Assembly: GCF_039654945.1 (NCBI RefSeq)
Contig: NW_027361765.1
Span: 17,298,001 to 17,362,000 of the forward strand
From: Dendrobates tinctorius
Taxonomy: Eukaryota
Direction: 5' to 3'
Length of the DNA: 64,000 nucleotides
Positions 1 through 14,673 of this stretch are shown here, one piece after another. The position numbers and the translations under genes were made by a program. Numbering within the stretch: the stretch's first letter is position 1; every line of letters begins with the position of its first letter. Below the pieces are notes generated by a model. The model did not search any database and had not been told where the DNA came from. It saw nothing but the letters and a program-made list of their open reading frames with translations.

Positions 1-98
1 ATCCGCTGCCCCCGTTTTGCACAACTTTCACAACGTGCGACGGTACGTTGCCCCGACACAGGCCACGGCCGTTGCACAACGCTAGTGTGAAAGTAGCC
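1..98. mobile_element. Right end of a Harbinger-type MITE
   Basis: Ends GTGTGAAAGTAGCC followed by TAA; the same terminus (GGCTACTTTCACAC) occurs at 49551. Confidence 0.75.
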
Positions 99-184
99 TA
101 ATCCTATCCTGTGTGATACTGACTGCTCAGCCGTGTATCTAATCCTATCCTGTGTGATACTGACTGCTGAGCCGTGTATCTAAT
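99..184. repeat. Two copies of a ~41-bp tandem unit (taatcctatcctgtgtgatactgactgctsagccgtgtatc)
   Basis: Direct duplication visible. Confidence 0.8.
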
Positions 185-309
185 AGACGATAACACCATA
201 GAAATGATAAGAATAATAGGCCTCAGTTACCACAACTGTCTACAAAGAAAACTGTTGCTGATAGCAACCAATCACAGCTCATTTTTCATCTTTTAAACAG
301 CTCTGGGAC

Positions 310-788
310 AGCGTGGCAAGTTTTGAGTGGCGACTTTTATGTGGCGAGGTTGGTGTATGTGTGGTGAAATGTGTGCTGAGGGTGGTATATGTGTTGGAGC
401 ACGTGGTAGTGTGTGGCGCATTTTGTGTGTGTGTTCATATCCCCATGTGTGGTGAGTATCCCATGTCAGGGCCCCACCTTAGCAACTTTACGGTATATAC
501 TCTTTGGCGCCATTGCTCTCATTCTTTCAGTCCCCCTTGTTCACATCTGGCAGCTGTCAATTTGCCTCCAACACTTTTCCTTTCACTTTTTCCCCATTAT
601 GTAGATAGGGGCAAAATTGTTTGGTGAATTGTAACGCGCGGGGTTAAAATTTTGCCTCACAACACAGCCTATGATGCTCTCGGGGTCCAGACTTGTGACT
701 GTGCCAAATTTTGTGGCTGTAGCTGCGACGGTGCAGATGCCAATCCCGGACATACACATATACACACATTGAGCTTTATATAGATAGA
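310..788 (-). mobile_element. Probable non-autonomous Helitron-like fragment (5' end)
   Basis: Minus strand begins TCTATCTATATAAAGCTCAATGTGTG..., the TC-start AT-rich pattern of Helitron 5' ends; no CTRR 3' end found. Confidence 0.4.
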
Positions 789-860
789 ACTTTGTATTTA
801 TCAACACTGTTTGTAGATGCACAACTTATACTATGGTAACTGTATAGTAATTATCTACTA

Positions 861-2176
861 CAGGGGTCCTCAACCTGTGGCTTGTGAGCCTAAGATTCGC
901 TGCTTGTGGCTGTCCTCCACCCATTAGCACCATGACTAGCAAACAGCTATGAAGAGCAGGTCCCCAGATGGTGGCTTTTGTGAGTAAGTCTCATAGAATA
1001 GCAGCAGATCTGCTTGAGAATATACTGGTGGGGGAGATCGCAAATATTGCCAGTTAAAGGGATGCTTGAAACTAGATCAAATAGTGTGGTGGGGGTGCTT
1101 GATGCGAGAGCACCAAATGGGAGGGGAAAGATTGAACTCCTAGATGTAAGTATAATGTCTGTAGGTGAGGCGGTCAAAAGGTCCTTTACGTATTCTTTGG
1201 CTGTCATTATACCAATAATGGGGGCTCTGGATGTCACTACAGTGGGGATAGGGGTCACTGGAGGTGGCTAAACACTAAGGCTAAGTTAACACGTAGCGGA
1301 ACTCTCGCGGAAATTACCGCAAGAATTCCGGAATTCCATTCCGCAGGAAAATTGCATTTTAAATTCCCGCGGAAAAACTAGCATTTTGCAAGCGTAATTA
1401 GCTTGCAGAATACTAGCGTTTTCCAAGCGATCTGGAGCATCGCTTGGAGAACTGAGTGACAGGTTGGTCACACTCATCAAACAGTGTTTGACAAGTGTGA
1501 CTAACTTTTTACTACTGAGGCCGCCTATGCAGCCGACGTCCCCCGCAGCCATTCCCAGTAATCCTTTGTGAAAATGCCCGCGATGATGTACGTTCTCGTG
1601 GGATCGCGACGTCTCACGGTGATTCGCGATGACCGCGAGACTTCGCGATCCCGCGAGAGCAGACGCCATCGCGGGCATTTTCGCAAAGGATTACTGGGAA
1701 CGAGAGCGTGGAGAAAGGCGGGAAGGCTGCGCGGGACGTCAGAAGGTGAGAATAACAATATTTTTTATTTTAAATTCTATTTTTTACAGGGATATGGTAC
1801 CCAAAGCCTGGAGGTCAGTCTCCTCTCCTCCGGACCGTGGGTATCATCCGCAATTGTTCTGCTTGCTTTTCGCATGGTGGGCACAGCCACATGCGGAAAG
1901 TAAGCAGAACAATGCATTCTTATGGGTGCGGTATTGCCGCGATTCCGCAAAATAATGAGCATTCTGCGGTTTTTACCGCGAAGCGATTCCGCCGCAGTAA
2001 AAACCGCAGCATTAGCACAGCATTGCGGAATCCCATAGGATTGCATGGGATGCTTATTTTTCGTGTTTTCGCGGTTAAAACCGCTGCAGAAACGCGAAAA
2101 AGATGCAATGTGTGAACTCAGCCTAACTCTCATAGCTGAATCTTGCTCTCAAGGTAAGAAAGGTTGGGGACCACTG
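861..2176. mobile_element. hAT (Charlie-like) non-autonomous element
   Basis: TIRs CAGGGGTCCTCAACCT / AGGTTGGGGACCACTG; 8-bp TSD atctacta/atctagta. Confidence 0.85.
1279..2123. mobile_element. Harbinger-type non-autonomous element nested in the hAT
   Basis: GGCTAAGTTAACAC...GTGTGAACTCAGCC, TAA TSD; related copy at 39905-40839. Confidence 0.88.
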
Positions 2177-2697
2177 ATCTAGTACCTAGATGGTGTGTAA
2201 TTACGTAGGTAAAGCTGCACTATAAGTTCCTTTTTATAGGTGGTTGCAAGCTCTTAATAAGTTAGACTTGAGTCCCCAAAATAATCGACTGAATTAAAAG
2301 GGGTAGAAGCAGCTCTCCATAAATTCAGTGTGAACAATGGTTTTATTCACCCAAATCCATTAGATATCTGCAACTTTCCCTGTCTGTAGATGGCATGTAA
2401 TGTATAGTAAGGGTACATCACACAGTTGCAAAATCCGCTTTAAATTTTGCTGCGTTTTCTAATGTTCTAAAGGTGAAACCGGAGTTTGATATCCGCATAT
2501 TAAGGCTATGTTCACACATTGCTTTTTTATGCAAATTAAAAGCTGCATTTTGCAGTACCAGCAAAAGCTATGAGATTTCAGATATCTCATGCACACACTG
2601 TTTTTTTTCCCCCTGACTGAATTGGAAAACTACTGAGTTTTTTTAAAACTGCAGCTTGTCACTTCTTTGAGCGGTTTTTCACCAATAGAAAGCTATA

Positions 2698-4325
<1,628 letters not shown>

Positions 4326-5071
4326 TAAGTAAGTGCAAAAAATGCAGGTATCAGGTTTTGCTGTGTTTTTAGTTTATAAAAGGGGAAAAAAGCATGTACA
4401 GCAGTATGGGAAACACATTAATTTTTTTTATTTATTTATTTTTTTTCTCCAAGTTTAACCCCTTAACGACCGCCGATACGCCTTTTAACAGCGGTAATTA
4501 AGGGTACTAAAACCACAGCGCCGTTAATTCACGGCGCTGTGATTTAAGTGAATAGCTCCCCCCAGTGTCGGATTTTCTCCGGGGTCTCGGCTGCAAGGGG
4601 TAGCCGAGACCCGAGAGAACATGAATCGGTCGGTTTTTACCGACCCCTGCTTTTGCGATCGCCGTTATTAACCCTATAACGGCGACCGCAAAAAAAAAAA
4701 AAAAAAAGCCGCGATTTTACATTTAATTTCTCTTTCCTCTGATGTGATCGCACATCAGAGGATAGAGAAATAGGGTCCCCGGTCCCCTCCCGGTACCTCT
4801 CCCTTGTCCTCCGTCCCCTCCCGGTGGTCCCGCTCCCGCCGGCGTCATCCGATAGGCGCCGCCATCTTGAAAATGGCGGGCGCATGCGCAGTGCGCCCGC
4901 CGGGAATCTGCTGGCTCCGGCTGGCAGATTCCATTCATTATTTTGATCACTATGATAAACGATCATAGTGATCAAAATAATAAAAATAGTACATAACCCC
5001 CCCGTTTATCACCCCCTTATATAGGCACACATAATGAAATAAAAAAAATATTTTTTTTTTCAGTTTTCCAT

Positions 5072-5282
5072 AAGGGTTAGGGTTAGGCTAGGGCTAGGGT
5101 TAGGCTAGGGTTAGGGTTAGGCTAGGGTTAGGGCTAGGGTTAGGGTTGGGCTAGGGTTAAGGGTTAGGGTTGGGTTAGGGTTGGGCTAGGGTTGGGCTAG
5201 GGTTAGGGCGAACTAGGATTAGGGTTAGAATTAAGATTAGGGATTAGGGTTGGGGTTAGGGGTGTGTTGGGGTTAGGGTTGG
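5072..5282 (+). repeat. Degenerate telomere-like (TTAGGG/CTAGGG/TTGGG)n array inside the piggyBac-like element
   Basis: Roughly 35 hexamer/pentamer units. Confidence 0.92.
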
Positions 5283-5393
5283 AGCAAGAATTGAGGGGTT
5301 TCCACTATTTACCAACTTTGGGGGTCTAAAAATTGGGGTCTAAAAAAATCACTTTTGTGGAAATAAAAAAGACTTATTTTCATGGCTCTGCGT

Positions 5394-6900
5394 TTATAAA
5401 CTTCTGTGACGCGCTTGGGGGTTCAAAGTGCTCACCACACATCTAGATAAGTTCCTTAGGGGGTCTAATTTCCAAAATGGGGTCACTTGTGGGGGGTTTC
5501 CACTGTTTAGGCCCATCAGGGGCTCTGCAAACGCAACATGATGCCCGCAGACCATTCCATCAAAGTTTGCATTCCAAAATGGCACTCCTTCCCTTCCGAG
5601 CTCTCCCATGCGCCCAAACAGTGGTTCCCCCCCACATATGGGGTATCAGTGTACTCAGGACAAATCGCATAATAACTGTGGGGGTATGATTTCTCCTGTT
5701 ACCTTTGTAAAAATAAAAATTTGGGCGCGAAAAGATCATTTTTGTGGAAAAAAAAATGGATTTCTTATTTTCACGGCTCTACGTTATAAACTTCTGTGAA
5801 GCACTTGAAGGTTCAAAGTGCTCACCACACATCTAGATAAGTTCCTTCATGGGTCTAGTTTCCAAAATGGAGTCACTTGTTGGGGGTTTCCACTGTTTAG
5901 GCCCATCAGGGGCTCTGCAAACGCAACATGATGCCCGCAGACCATTCCATCAAAGTTTGCATTCCAAAATGGCACTCCTTCCCTTCCGAGCTCTCCCATG
6001 CGCCCAAACAGTGGTTCCCCCCCACATATGGGGTATCAGTGTACTCAGGACAAATCGCATAATAACTGTGGGGGTATGATTTCTCCTGTTACCTTTGTAA
6101 AAATAAAAATTTGGGCGCGAAAAGATCATTTTTGTGGAAAAAAAAATGGATTTCTTATTTTCACGGCTCTACGTTATAAACTTCTGTGAAGCACTTGAAG
6201 GTTCAAAGTGCTCACCACACATCTAGATAAGTTCCTTCATGGGTCTAGTTTCCAAAATGGAGTCACTTGTTGGGGGTTTCCACTGTTTAGGCCCATCAGG
6301 GGCTCTGCAAACGCAACATGATGCCCGCAGACCATTCCATCAAAGTCTGCATTCCAAAATGGCACTCCTTCCCTTCCAAGCTCTCCCATGCACCCAAACA
6401 GTGGTTCCTCCCCACATATGGGGTATCAGCGTACTCAGGGGAAATCGCATAATAACTGTGGGGGTATGATTTCTCCTGTTACCCTTGTAAAAATAAAAAT
6501 TTGGGGGCGAAAAGATCATTTTTGTGGAAAAAAAATGGATTTCTTATTTTCACGGCTCTACGTTATAAACTTCTGTGAAGCACTTGAAGGTTCAAAGTGC
6601 TCACCACACATCTAGATAAGTTCCTTAATGGGTCTAGTTTCCAAAATGGGGTCACTTATTGGAGTTTTCCACTGTTTAGGCACATTAAGGGCTCTCCGAA
6701 CGCAACATGGCATCCGATCTTAATTCCAGCCAATTCTGCGTTGAAAAAGTCAAACGGTGCTCCATCCCTTGCGAGCTCTGCCGTGTGCTGAAAAATGGGT
6801 TTACCCCCACATATGGGGTATCGGCGTATTCAGGAGAAATTGTACAACAAATTTTGTGGTTGATTTTCTCTTTTAACACTTGTGAAAATAAAAAAAATTG
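5394..6900. repeat. ~390-bp tandem repeat, about 4 units
   Basis: ttataaacttctgtga recurs at 5394, 5784, 6174, 6563; the middle units are near-identical. Confidence 0.92.
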
Positions 6901-7906
6901 GTTCTGAAGTAATTTTTTTCCAAAAAAAAGTTAAATGTTAATTTTTTCCATCCACATTGCTTTCGTTCCTGTGAAGCACTTAAAGGGTTAATAAACTTCT
7001 TGAATGTGGTTTTGAGCACCTTGTGGGGTCTAGTTTTTAGAATGGTGCCACTTTTGGGTATTTTCTGTCATGTACACCCTTCAAAATGACTTTAAATATG
7101 ATGTGGTCCCTAAAAAAAATGGCTTTGTAAATTTTGTTGTAAAAATGAGAAATCGCTGGTCAACTTTTAACCCTTATAACTTCCTAACAAAAAAAAATTT
7201 TGCTTCCAAAATTGTGCTGATGTAAAGTAGACATGTGGGAAATGTTATTTATTAAGAAATTAATGTGACACATCTCTCTGATTTAAGGGCATAAAAATTT
7301 AAAGTTTTAAAATTGCAAAATTTTAAAATTTTTTGCCATATTTCTGTTTTTTTCATAAATAAACACAAGACTTATCGAAGAAATTTTACCACTGACATGA
7401 AGTACAATATGTCACGAAAAAACATTCTCAGAATCAGCAGGATCCATTAAAGCGTTCCAGAGTTATAACCTCATAAAGGGACAGTGGTCAGAATTGTAAA
7501 AATTGGCCTGGTCATTAAGCTGCAAACTGGCTCTGTCGCTAAGGCCTCTTTCACACTTCAGTTTTTTGCCATCAGTCAAAATCCGCCAAAATTTGAAATT
7601 GGCGGATCCGCAAAAATGAAAACAAAACGGATGCAAACTGATGGAACGGATCCGTTTTGTTGAGGATCCGCCATACCGATTTTACGGCGGATCCTCAACA
7701 AAACGGATCCGTTCCATCAGTTTGCATCCGTTGGATCCGTTTTCTTGCGGATCCGTTTTTCCACACCTCCAAAATGGGATGCTCCCAAATATGATTGGCT
7801 CTTGGAAAATGCTCTCAAATGTGATTGGATGCTGGAAACTAGGGAGAAATATATCTAGGGTGTTGTGATACAATTTCTTTGAAAGGTTTTAGAGCTAGTG
7901 GCAGCG

Positions 7907-9234
7907 ATGGAAGGAGTTAGTGCGAGTCTGGAAGGAGTTATTGCGAGTATTGACAGCTTCTGTGTGGAATTGGATCTTCACTTGAATCGGTTGGCAATTA
8001 TTGCTATCGAGAGGGAGAAAAGAAGACTGCGAATCCTGCGTATGAGGAGACGGCGCCAGTGGATTCATCCCATTAATGCGCAGAGGTTCACCCGTGGCGT
8101 TTTTTCCACACTGTACCTGGAATTGAGGGATGCGCATGCGGATGGAATTCTTTGAGATATTGGTGGATCGTGTTTGAGAACAAATCCGGAGAAGGGACAC
8201 ACAAATGCGGTTTTCTATATCACCGGCGGAGCGTTTGATGGTGACCCTTCGGTAAGTTATCTACCTTTTAAAATGTTTCAGATTCTGCAGGCTTTTATTA
8301 TGTTATGGCTTGTAGTTTGTATTAATTTTACTTTTTTTCCCTTTTTTTAAGATTCCTGGCAACTGGAGAATCCTTCACCTCCCTCCATTTCCAGTTCCGG
8401 ATTGGGATTTCCACTATTACTGGAATTGTACAACAGACCTGCCGGGCATTATGGGATTCTCTACAGGAGGAATACATCCCAGAGCCAACACAGGAGAGTT
8501 GGCTGGAGATTGCAGAGAAGTTTCAAGAAATCTGCCAGTTTCCAAACTGCATCGGTGCCGTGGATGGCAAGCATATCAGGATTGTGAAACCCATGGGATC
8601 TGGTTCACAGTTTTACAACTATAAAAAATACTTTTCTATTGTGCTTATGGCCATTTCGGATGCAAACTGCAAATTCATTGCCGTGGACATTGGTGCATAC
8701 GGTCGTTCTAATGACTCTCAGGTGTTCAAGATTTCCACCATGGGCCGTCGCTTGTATGGAGACAATTTTAACTTCCCACCTCCAAGACCACTCCCTGGAA
8801 CAACAGGCCCACCAATGCCTTTTGTGTGCGTTGGCGACAATGCTTTTCAACTTTCAAAACACCTACTGAAGCCATATGGTAGTCGTGGATTAACACACCA
8901 GAAAAGAATCTATAACTATCGGTTAACCAGAGCGCGCAGAGTGGTGGAGTGCGCGTTTGGAATTTTAACTGCCAAATGGAGAGTACTGTTAACGGCCATG
9001 AAAATGAAAACAGAGACTGTGGATGAGGTGGTAAAGTCCTGTGTAATCCTGCACAATTTTGTCCTTTCAAAGGAACCAGTTTCCATCGATGAAAATGTGT
9101 ATGAAACCACCTTGTGGGATTATGAGCAGCAAACTTTTCGGAGTACTGGTTCAGTGGCAAGAATTAGGGATACCTTTGCAGATTATTTTGTTACACCAGA
9201 GGGACAAGTGGACTGGCAAGATGACATGATATAA
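7907..9234 (+). pseudogene. Harbinger (HARBI1-family) DDE transposase, 2 exons (7907-8251, 8352-9234), exon 1 disrupted
   Basis: WIHPIN, ISPAERLMVTLR|FLATG, GAVDGKH, GDNAF, RRVVECAFG; frameshifting deletion near 8130 and in-frame TGA near 8176. Confidence 0.92.
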
Positions 9235-9803
9235 TTTTCTTCATACCAATTGTGAGTAATTTTTTTTTTTTTTTATCTGAAATTTTACCAAGTGTTTGCT
9301 TTGCACAAGCATTGTGTTTTACCATGTGATTTGGTTAGTTTTACACTTTGCAGTGTTACCAATTGTTGGGTACCAAGCGTAAAGTTACCAAGTGTTGTGT
9401 ACCAAGCGTTTTACACTTTGAAATGTTCACAAGTGTTGGTTATCAAATGTTGTGCTACCAAGTGTTTTTTTGTACCTTGTACACCACCGGTGTACTGTGA
9501 AATATTACCCAGTGTTGTGTTAACAAGTGTTGTGTTACCAAGTGTTGTTTTTACCTTTTACACCACTGGTGTAATTTGAATAAAGAAGCAAAAAATAAAC
9601 ATCACAATAAAGTTTTTTGAAAAAAAACAGTTTATTTCTGACAATTTGTATTAACTGTATTTTTTTTTTTTTTTTTAATTTTTTTATTAACTTTTTTGTA
9701 ACTTTTTTTGGTATATTACCTTTTTGGTAACTTTTTTTTTGGTATATTACCTTTTTTTAATTTTTTTGGTATATTACCTTTTTTTAATTTTTTTTTTGGT
9801 AAA

Positions 9804-12407
9804 TTACAAACTATGATAATGTTGGGTGGAGATAGTATTGGAGGGGTTAACAGGGTTGACCACATCGAGGGGGGGGGGGGTAGGGGACTGGGGAGGGAGT
9901 TGGTGAGGACCAGAAGTGGAAGGGGGGTTTAACACATGTGGTTGGGACGGGAGTGGATGGACAGACGAGGTTTGTGGGTACATTGAAGGTGTATGTGGGG
10001 GTGGGTATGGCGAGGGCATTGGGGTATAATGCAATGGGGAAGGTAGGTACCGGGAAGAATGGAATGGGGAACTAGAGAAAGGAGAGGGAGTGGTAGGAGG
10101 AGGGACGGCTGTGTGATGGATGGTGGTGGAAGGATGGACGGGGGAAGGATGGACTGTGGATGGATAGACAGGGGGAGGATGGACTGTGGAAGGATAGACA
10201 GGGGGAGGATGAACAGGGGGAGGATGGACAGGGGGAGGATGAGATGCTTCAGCAAGCACTTCCATTAGAGCATTCTGACAGGCTTGCATCACACGCATCT
10301 GCTGGTGAGTACTTAAACCTTCCATTTGCCGGACAACAGATTGAAAAAAGGTATGTCTCGGTGTCTGGTTTGATTCTAAACTCATCTGTTCCATGTATCT
10401 TCTGAGTTCCATGATACTTTGATTGATCATGGTCAACCCAGAAGATAACCGTTGTCCATAAGTGTGGAAACCGTGTTGAACAGTTGAGTTTAGACTCAAA
10501 CAGTCAGACAAGGTCAGCCTTTCCTGACTCCTCAGACGCTGCCGGCCAGAACCAAAAGTTGGTCGAGATGTTGCGGCAGTGTCTGAGGGGTGGGGAACAG
10601 GGAACAAGTCGTCACCAGCAGCTTCATGTGATGAAGTCTGCCCTGCTGCTCCAGTGCTGGTGGAGGGGATAGAGGGATCAGACAAGAGGGTAGGTACAGA
10701 AGGGTCGGATACCTCGATGTGGTCATCGGGGGCGGTCTCACTAGGGATCACTCCAGAGGGATGCAACTCTGATGCAGACTCCCGAGTGCTGCAGATGGTG
10801 CTAAAAAAAAAGAAAAAAAAATGTATATTAAAAATATTGATATTTAATTTAAGTCTGCTGAAAAAAAAATTGGTTAAACATTTCTACTACAGGAATTGTT
10901 TGGGGAATATTTACCTTCTGCACGCCATTGTAGATCGCAGGAACGCCAGGGCTTTGTAGTTTTTGTACTGGGGTCCCCGGCGTCCTCCCGACGATCCACT
11001 CGGGGTCTGAATCTCTTTGTTGTAGTCCCTCTTGAAGCGATCCCGGAGCGACCGCCACCGTGTGATAACCCTGTCACCTGTGAAGCAAAAAAAAAAAAAA
11101 GGTTTAGTATTCAACACACTTCACATGCTGGAAATATAAGTTACTGAAGTTGTAATACTTACGCACAAAATCTCTGGCCCTCGCATTGAGTTCCTCCCAG
11201 TTGTCAATAACTGAAGAACAGACTTCATCCCAGAGCCGTCGGGTGGTTGGTTGGTCGGCATGAAGACGGTTTGCCATGTTCCACAGCGGCTCCCGGATTT
11301 CCACCTCATGGATGAGGTCATCACTATCAATAATGACACCCTCCTCCTGATGTCTGCGGGGAGCACGCTGTGAAACCTGTGAAGATAAAAAACAAAACAA
11401 AAAGCAAAAAATTACATTATATTCAAACACATGATGTTCATTTAAACAATTATCAAAATAGGGTTACTTACCGTTTGCCGACCACCAGAGGCATCACCTT
11501 GACGACCCTGGGATGTCCTGGGAGTCACTCTAGTGCGGGCACCGGATTCTGAAGACTGTGGGGAAGAAAAAAATAATTTTTGGATGGATGCGTAGTTATG
11601 GTGTGTGCACTGTGATGAATGTTTGTGTTGGGTGTAGCATTATGTATCTGTGTATGTGGTAAACTTACAATCTGCGCACCCCCTCCGTGTGTCTCTCCAC
11701 CCTGCACGTCTCCTCCTGGAAGCTCCTCTGAATCAGCTTCCTGTTAAAACATAATAGGATAGTGTTTTTAACCACAAAAAAATTATGTTAAATAAAAAAA
11801 AAAAAAAAATTTTTTTTACCTCAGCTCGCTGATGATGTGAGGGGGAGCTTTCAGGAGAAGACATTACGGCTTGGGGCAGCTGCGTTGCTTCCTGAACTGA
11901 TCTGCAAGTATAAACACACTTGTTAAGCTACTATACAAAGTATCATAATAAGCTTTCAGGCTTTTATACTTACAGGGAAAACAGTGTTTGGCTGGCAGTC
12001 TCTGCTTCGGCCTGGCTGGCAGTCTCTGCTTCGGCCTGGCTGGCAGTCTCTGTTGCGGTCTGGCTGGCCCTCTCTGCTGCAGCCTGGCTGGCCCTCTCTG
12101 CTGCTGCTCTCTCTGCTGCGACCCTTTCTGCTGCGGCATTGCTGTTAGTGCTTGAAGTGATCTGCAAGTATAAAGACACTTGTTAAGCTAGTATACAAAG
12201 GATCATAATAAGCTTTCAGGTCTTTATACTTACAGGGAAACTAATGGTTGCCTGTACGCTGCGGTGTGGCTGTTCCTCTCTGCTTCGGTCAGGGTTGTTT
12301 CTGCTGCGGTCTGACCGGTCATGTCTGCTGCGTTGTTGATCCCTGCTGCGGTCTGAATCTCTGCTGCGGTTGGGCTGGCCGTGTCTACTTGTATGGTGGC
12401 GCTTCAT
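9804..12407 (-). CDS. Harbinger Myb/SANT-like (MADF) DNA-binding protein with BESS-like motif; 8 coding exons, ~657 aa predicted
   Basis: Exons 12407-12234, 12161-11974, 11901-11820, 11740-11669, 11555-11472, 11376-11163, 11077-10915, 10800-9804, all GT-AG and phase-compatible; LIHEVEIREPLWN...RWRSLRDRF (MADF), FFQSVVRQMEGLS (BESS-like), Pro-rich tail. The true start could be the later ATG of MSSPESS. Confidence 0.8.
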
Positions 12408-13229
12408 TGTGTGAACTGAAAGAAAATGATATGAAAGTTTAAAAAAAAAAAAAAAATTTTGTATGTGTAATTCCCTGAAACTAATTATACACAATTTTAA
12501 GTGTTTGCATGTCTACATTCCCTTATCTCAGAGTGTAACCAGTAATTGAAGGTGTGTAATTGCTGTGTATACCAGTTTGCATTCCCTGAAACTCTCACCG
12601 AGAGTGTAACCAGTGATTAAAGGTCTCACCGAGTGTAACCAGTGATTGAAGGCGTGTAGTGTGTAATTGCTGTGTATACCAGTGTTTGCATTCCCTGAAA
12701 CTCTCAACAGAGGTGTTTAATTTCTGTGTATACCCACTGTGTTTGCATGGTTTTGAATTCCCTGAAACTCAGCTGTGTATACCCATTTTTTCATGTTATG
12801 TTGCAATCTCACCTTTAACCACACTTGTATACCAAAAAATTTTAATTACCTTTATGGTAACTTAATTTTACCTTTTTTAAAATGATACAAAGGAGATTTT
12901 TTCAAAACAATTTATTTATTTTTTTTTTTATTTTTTTTTCCAAAAAATAGGAGCTACTCTGCTCTTTATTTTAAATACCACAATACATGAAAAATAAAAA
13001 AATGCAAATTTACAACAGATACATTACAAAATTAAAATATTTAAAAAAAAAAAAACCACAAACACGCATAACACACAGCCAGGCTACACACTCCAGGTGT
13101 CTTGCAGGTGGAAGATTTGCAGCGGAGTTTGAAATTCTATCAGTCAGGCTGGTGTTTGATGTCTGGTTCGGTGTCTTCAGTGTGGCTGTTGCCAGATGTC
13201 TGGGCCCAAACCACATACAATACCATTTA

Positions 13230-13979
13230 GGCCGGTTTCACATTTGCACTTTATAGCGCAGCGATGGCCTGCACACATCCGCCACTAATCCCTGCCTACT
13301 ACCGCACATGAACGCTTGCGATCTGCCCACCCTATCTTTATCATGGGGTGCGCTGGCAGGATTTTACAGTGTGCTTCGCACTTTTGAAGGTGTGCCGTGA
13401 GCGCCAAAATGCAACATGCTGCGTTTGGCGCACAAGGGCACACCTTCAAAAGTGCGCAGCACACGGTAAAATCCTGCCAGCGCACCATCTGCGCACCCTA
13501 TGATAAAGATAGGGTGGGCAGATCGCAAGCCTTCATGTGCGGTAGTAGGCGGGGATTAGTGGCGGATGTGTGCAGGCCATCGCTGCACTATAAAGTGCAA
13601 ATGTGAAATCGGCCTAAATGGTATTGAATGTGGTGTTATTGGGCCCAGACATCTACATCAAACACCAGCCTGACTGATACAGTCAGGCTGGTGTTTGATG
13701 TAGATGTCTGGGCCCAATAACACCACATACAATACCATTTAGGCCGGTTTCACATTTGCACTTTATAGCGCAGCTATTTCCTGCACACGTCCGCCACTAA
13801 TCCCCACCTTCTAGCGCACATGTACGCTTGCAATCTGCGCACCCCATACTAAAGATAGGGTGTGCAGATCGCAAGCGTCCATGTGTGCTAGTAGGCGGTG
13901 ATGACCAGATGGGACGGGGATTAGTGGAGGACGTGTGCAGGTTATCACTGCGCTTTAAAGTGCAAATATGAAACCGGCC
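13230..13979. mobile_element. Two palindromic Harbinger-type MITE copies (13230-13614, 13742-13979) in a fold-back arrangement
   Basis: GGCCGGTTTCACATTTGC termini; the second copy has a TTA/TTA TSD. Confidence 0.82.
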
Positions 13980-14673
13980 TTACACCACACAATCACAGCA
14001 AGAAATACATTAAAGTTGTATGAAAATAACATGCAGTACACATGCAACAGAAAAAAAAAAAGATGGAAAAAAAAAAAACTAAAAATGCACACACACGCCA
14101 CACACGCCACACACATACACACGCACACACACACGCTCCAGGGGTCTTGCAGGTGGTAGACTTGCAGCTGGGCAGACAGGTTTTATAGCTCTAGTTGAAT
14201 CTTCTGTCAGGCAGGCTGGAGTCGTATATCTTGCTTGGAGTCTTCAGTGTTGCTGGTGCTGGATTGTCTGGGCCCAATTACACCACATACCATACACCAC
14301 TCAATCGCAGCAATCACAGCATAAAAAATACAATATAATTACAGTTGTATGAAAATAAAAAGCAGTACACAAGCAACAGAAAAAAAAAATATAAAAAAAA
14401 ACAGACATGCAACACTCGCAGACCACACACACACACACACACACACGCTACACACTAGCAGGCCATACACAGAAATGTCATAGGTATACTTACACTTGGT
14501 AAAGCTGGTACTGGCAGGCCTCTTGATAGCTGTGTGGCTGCAGGCTTGGTGGGTGTCTGGCAGGCTGGGTGGTCTGGCAGGCTGGGTGGGTTGTCTGGCA
14601 GGCTGGATGGCTTGCTTGCTGTCTGGCTGGCTTGCTGTCTGGCTGCTACTGCATGTCTGGGCCCAATTAGCCC

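Noticed and set aside
5072-5282. True telomere or chromosome-fusion scar
   Set aside because: Degenerate, one orientation only, and at the same internal position in two copies of a transposon family.
7907-9234. Domesticated host HARBI1 gene
   Set aside because: Flanked by TIRs and a TSD, paired with a MADF gene, and disrupted.
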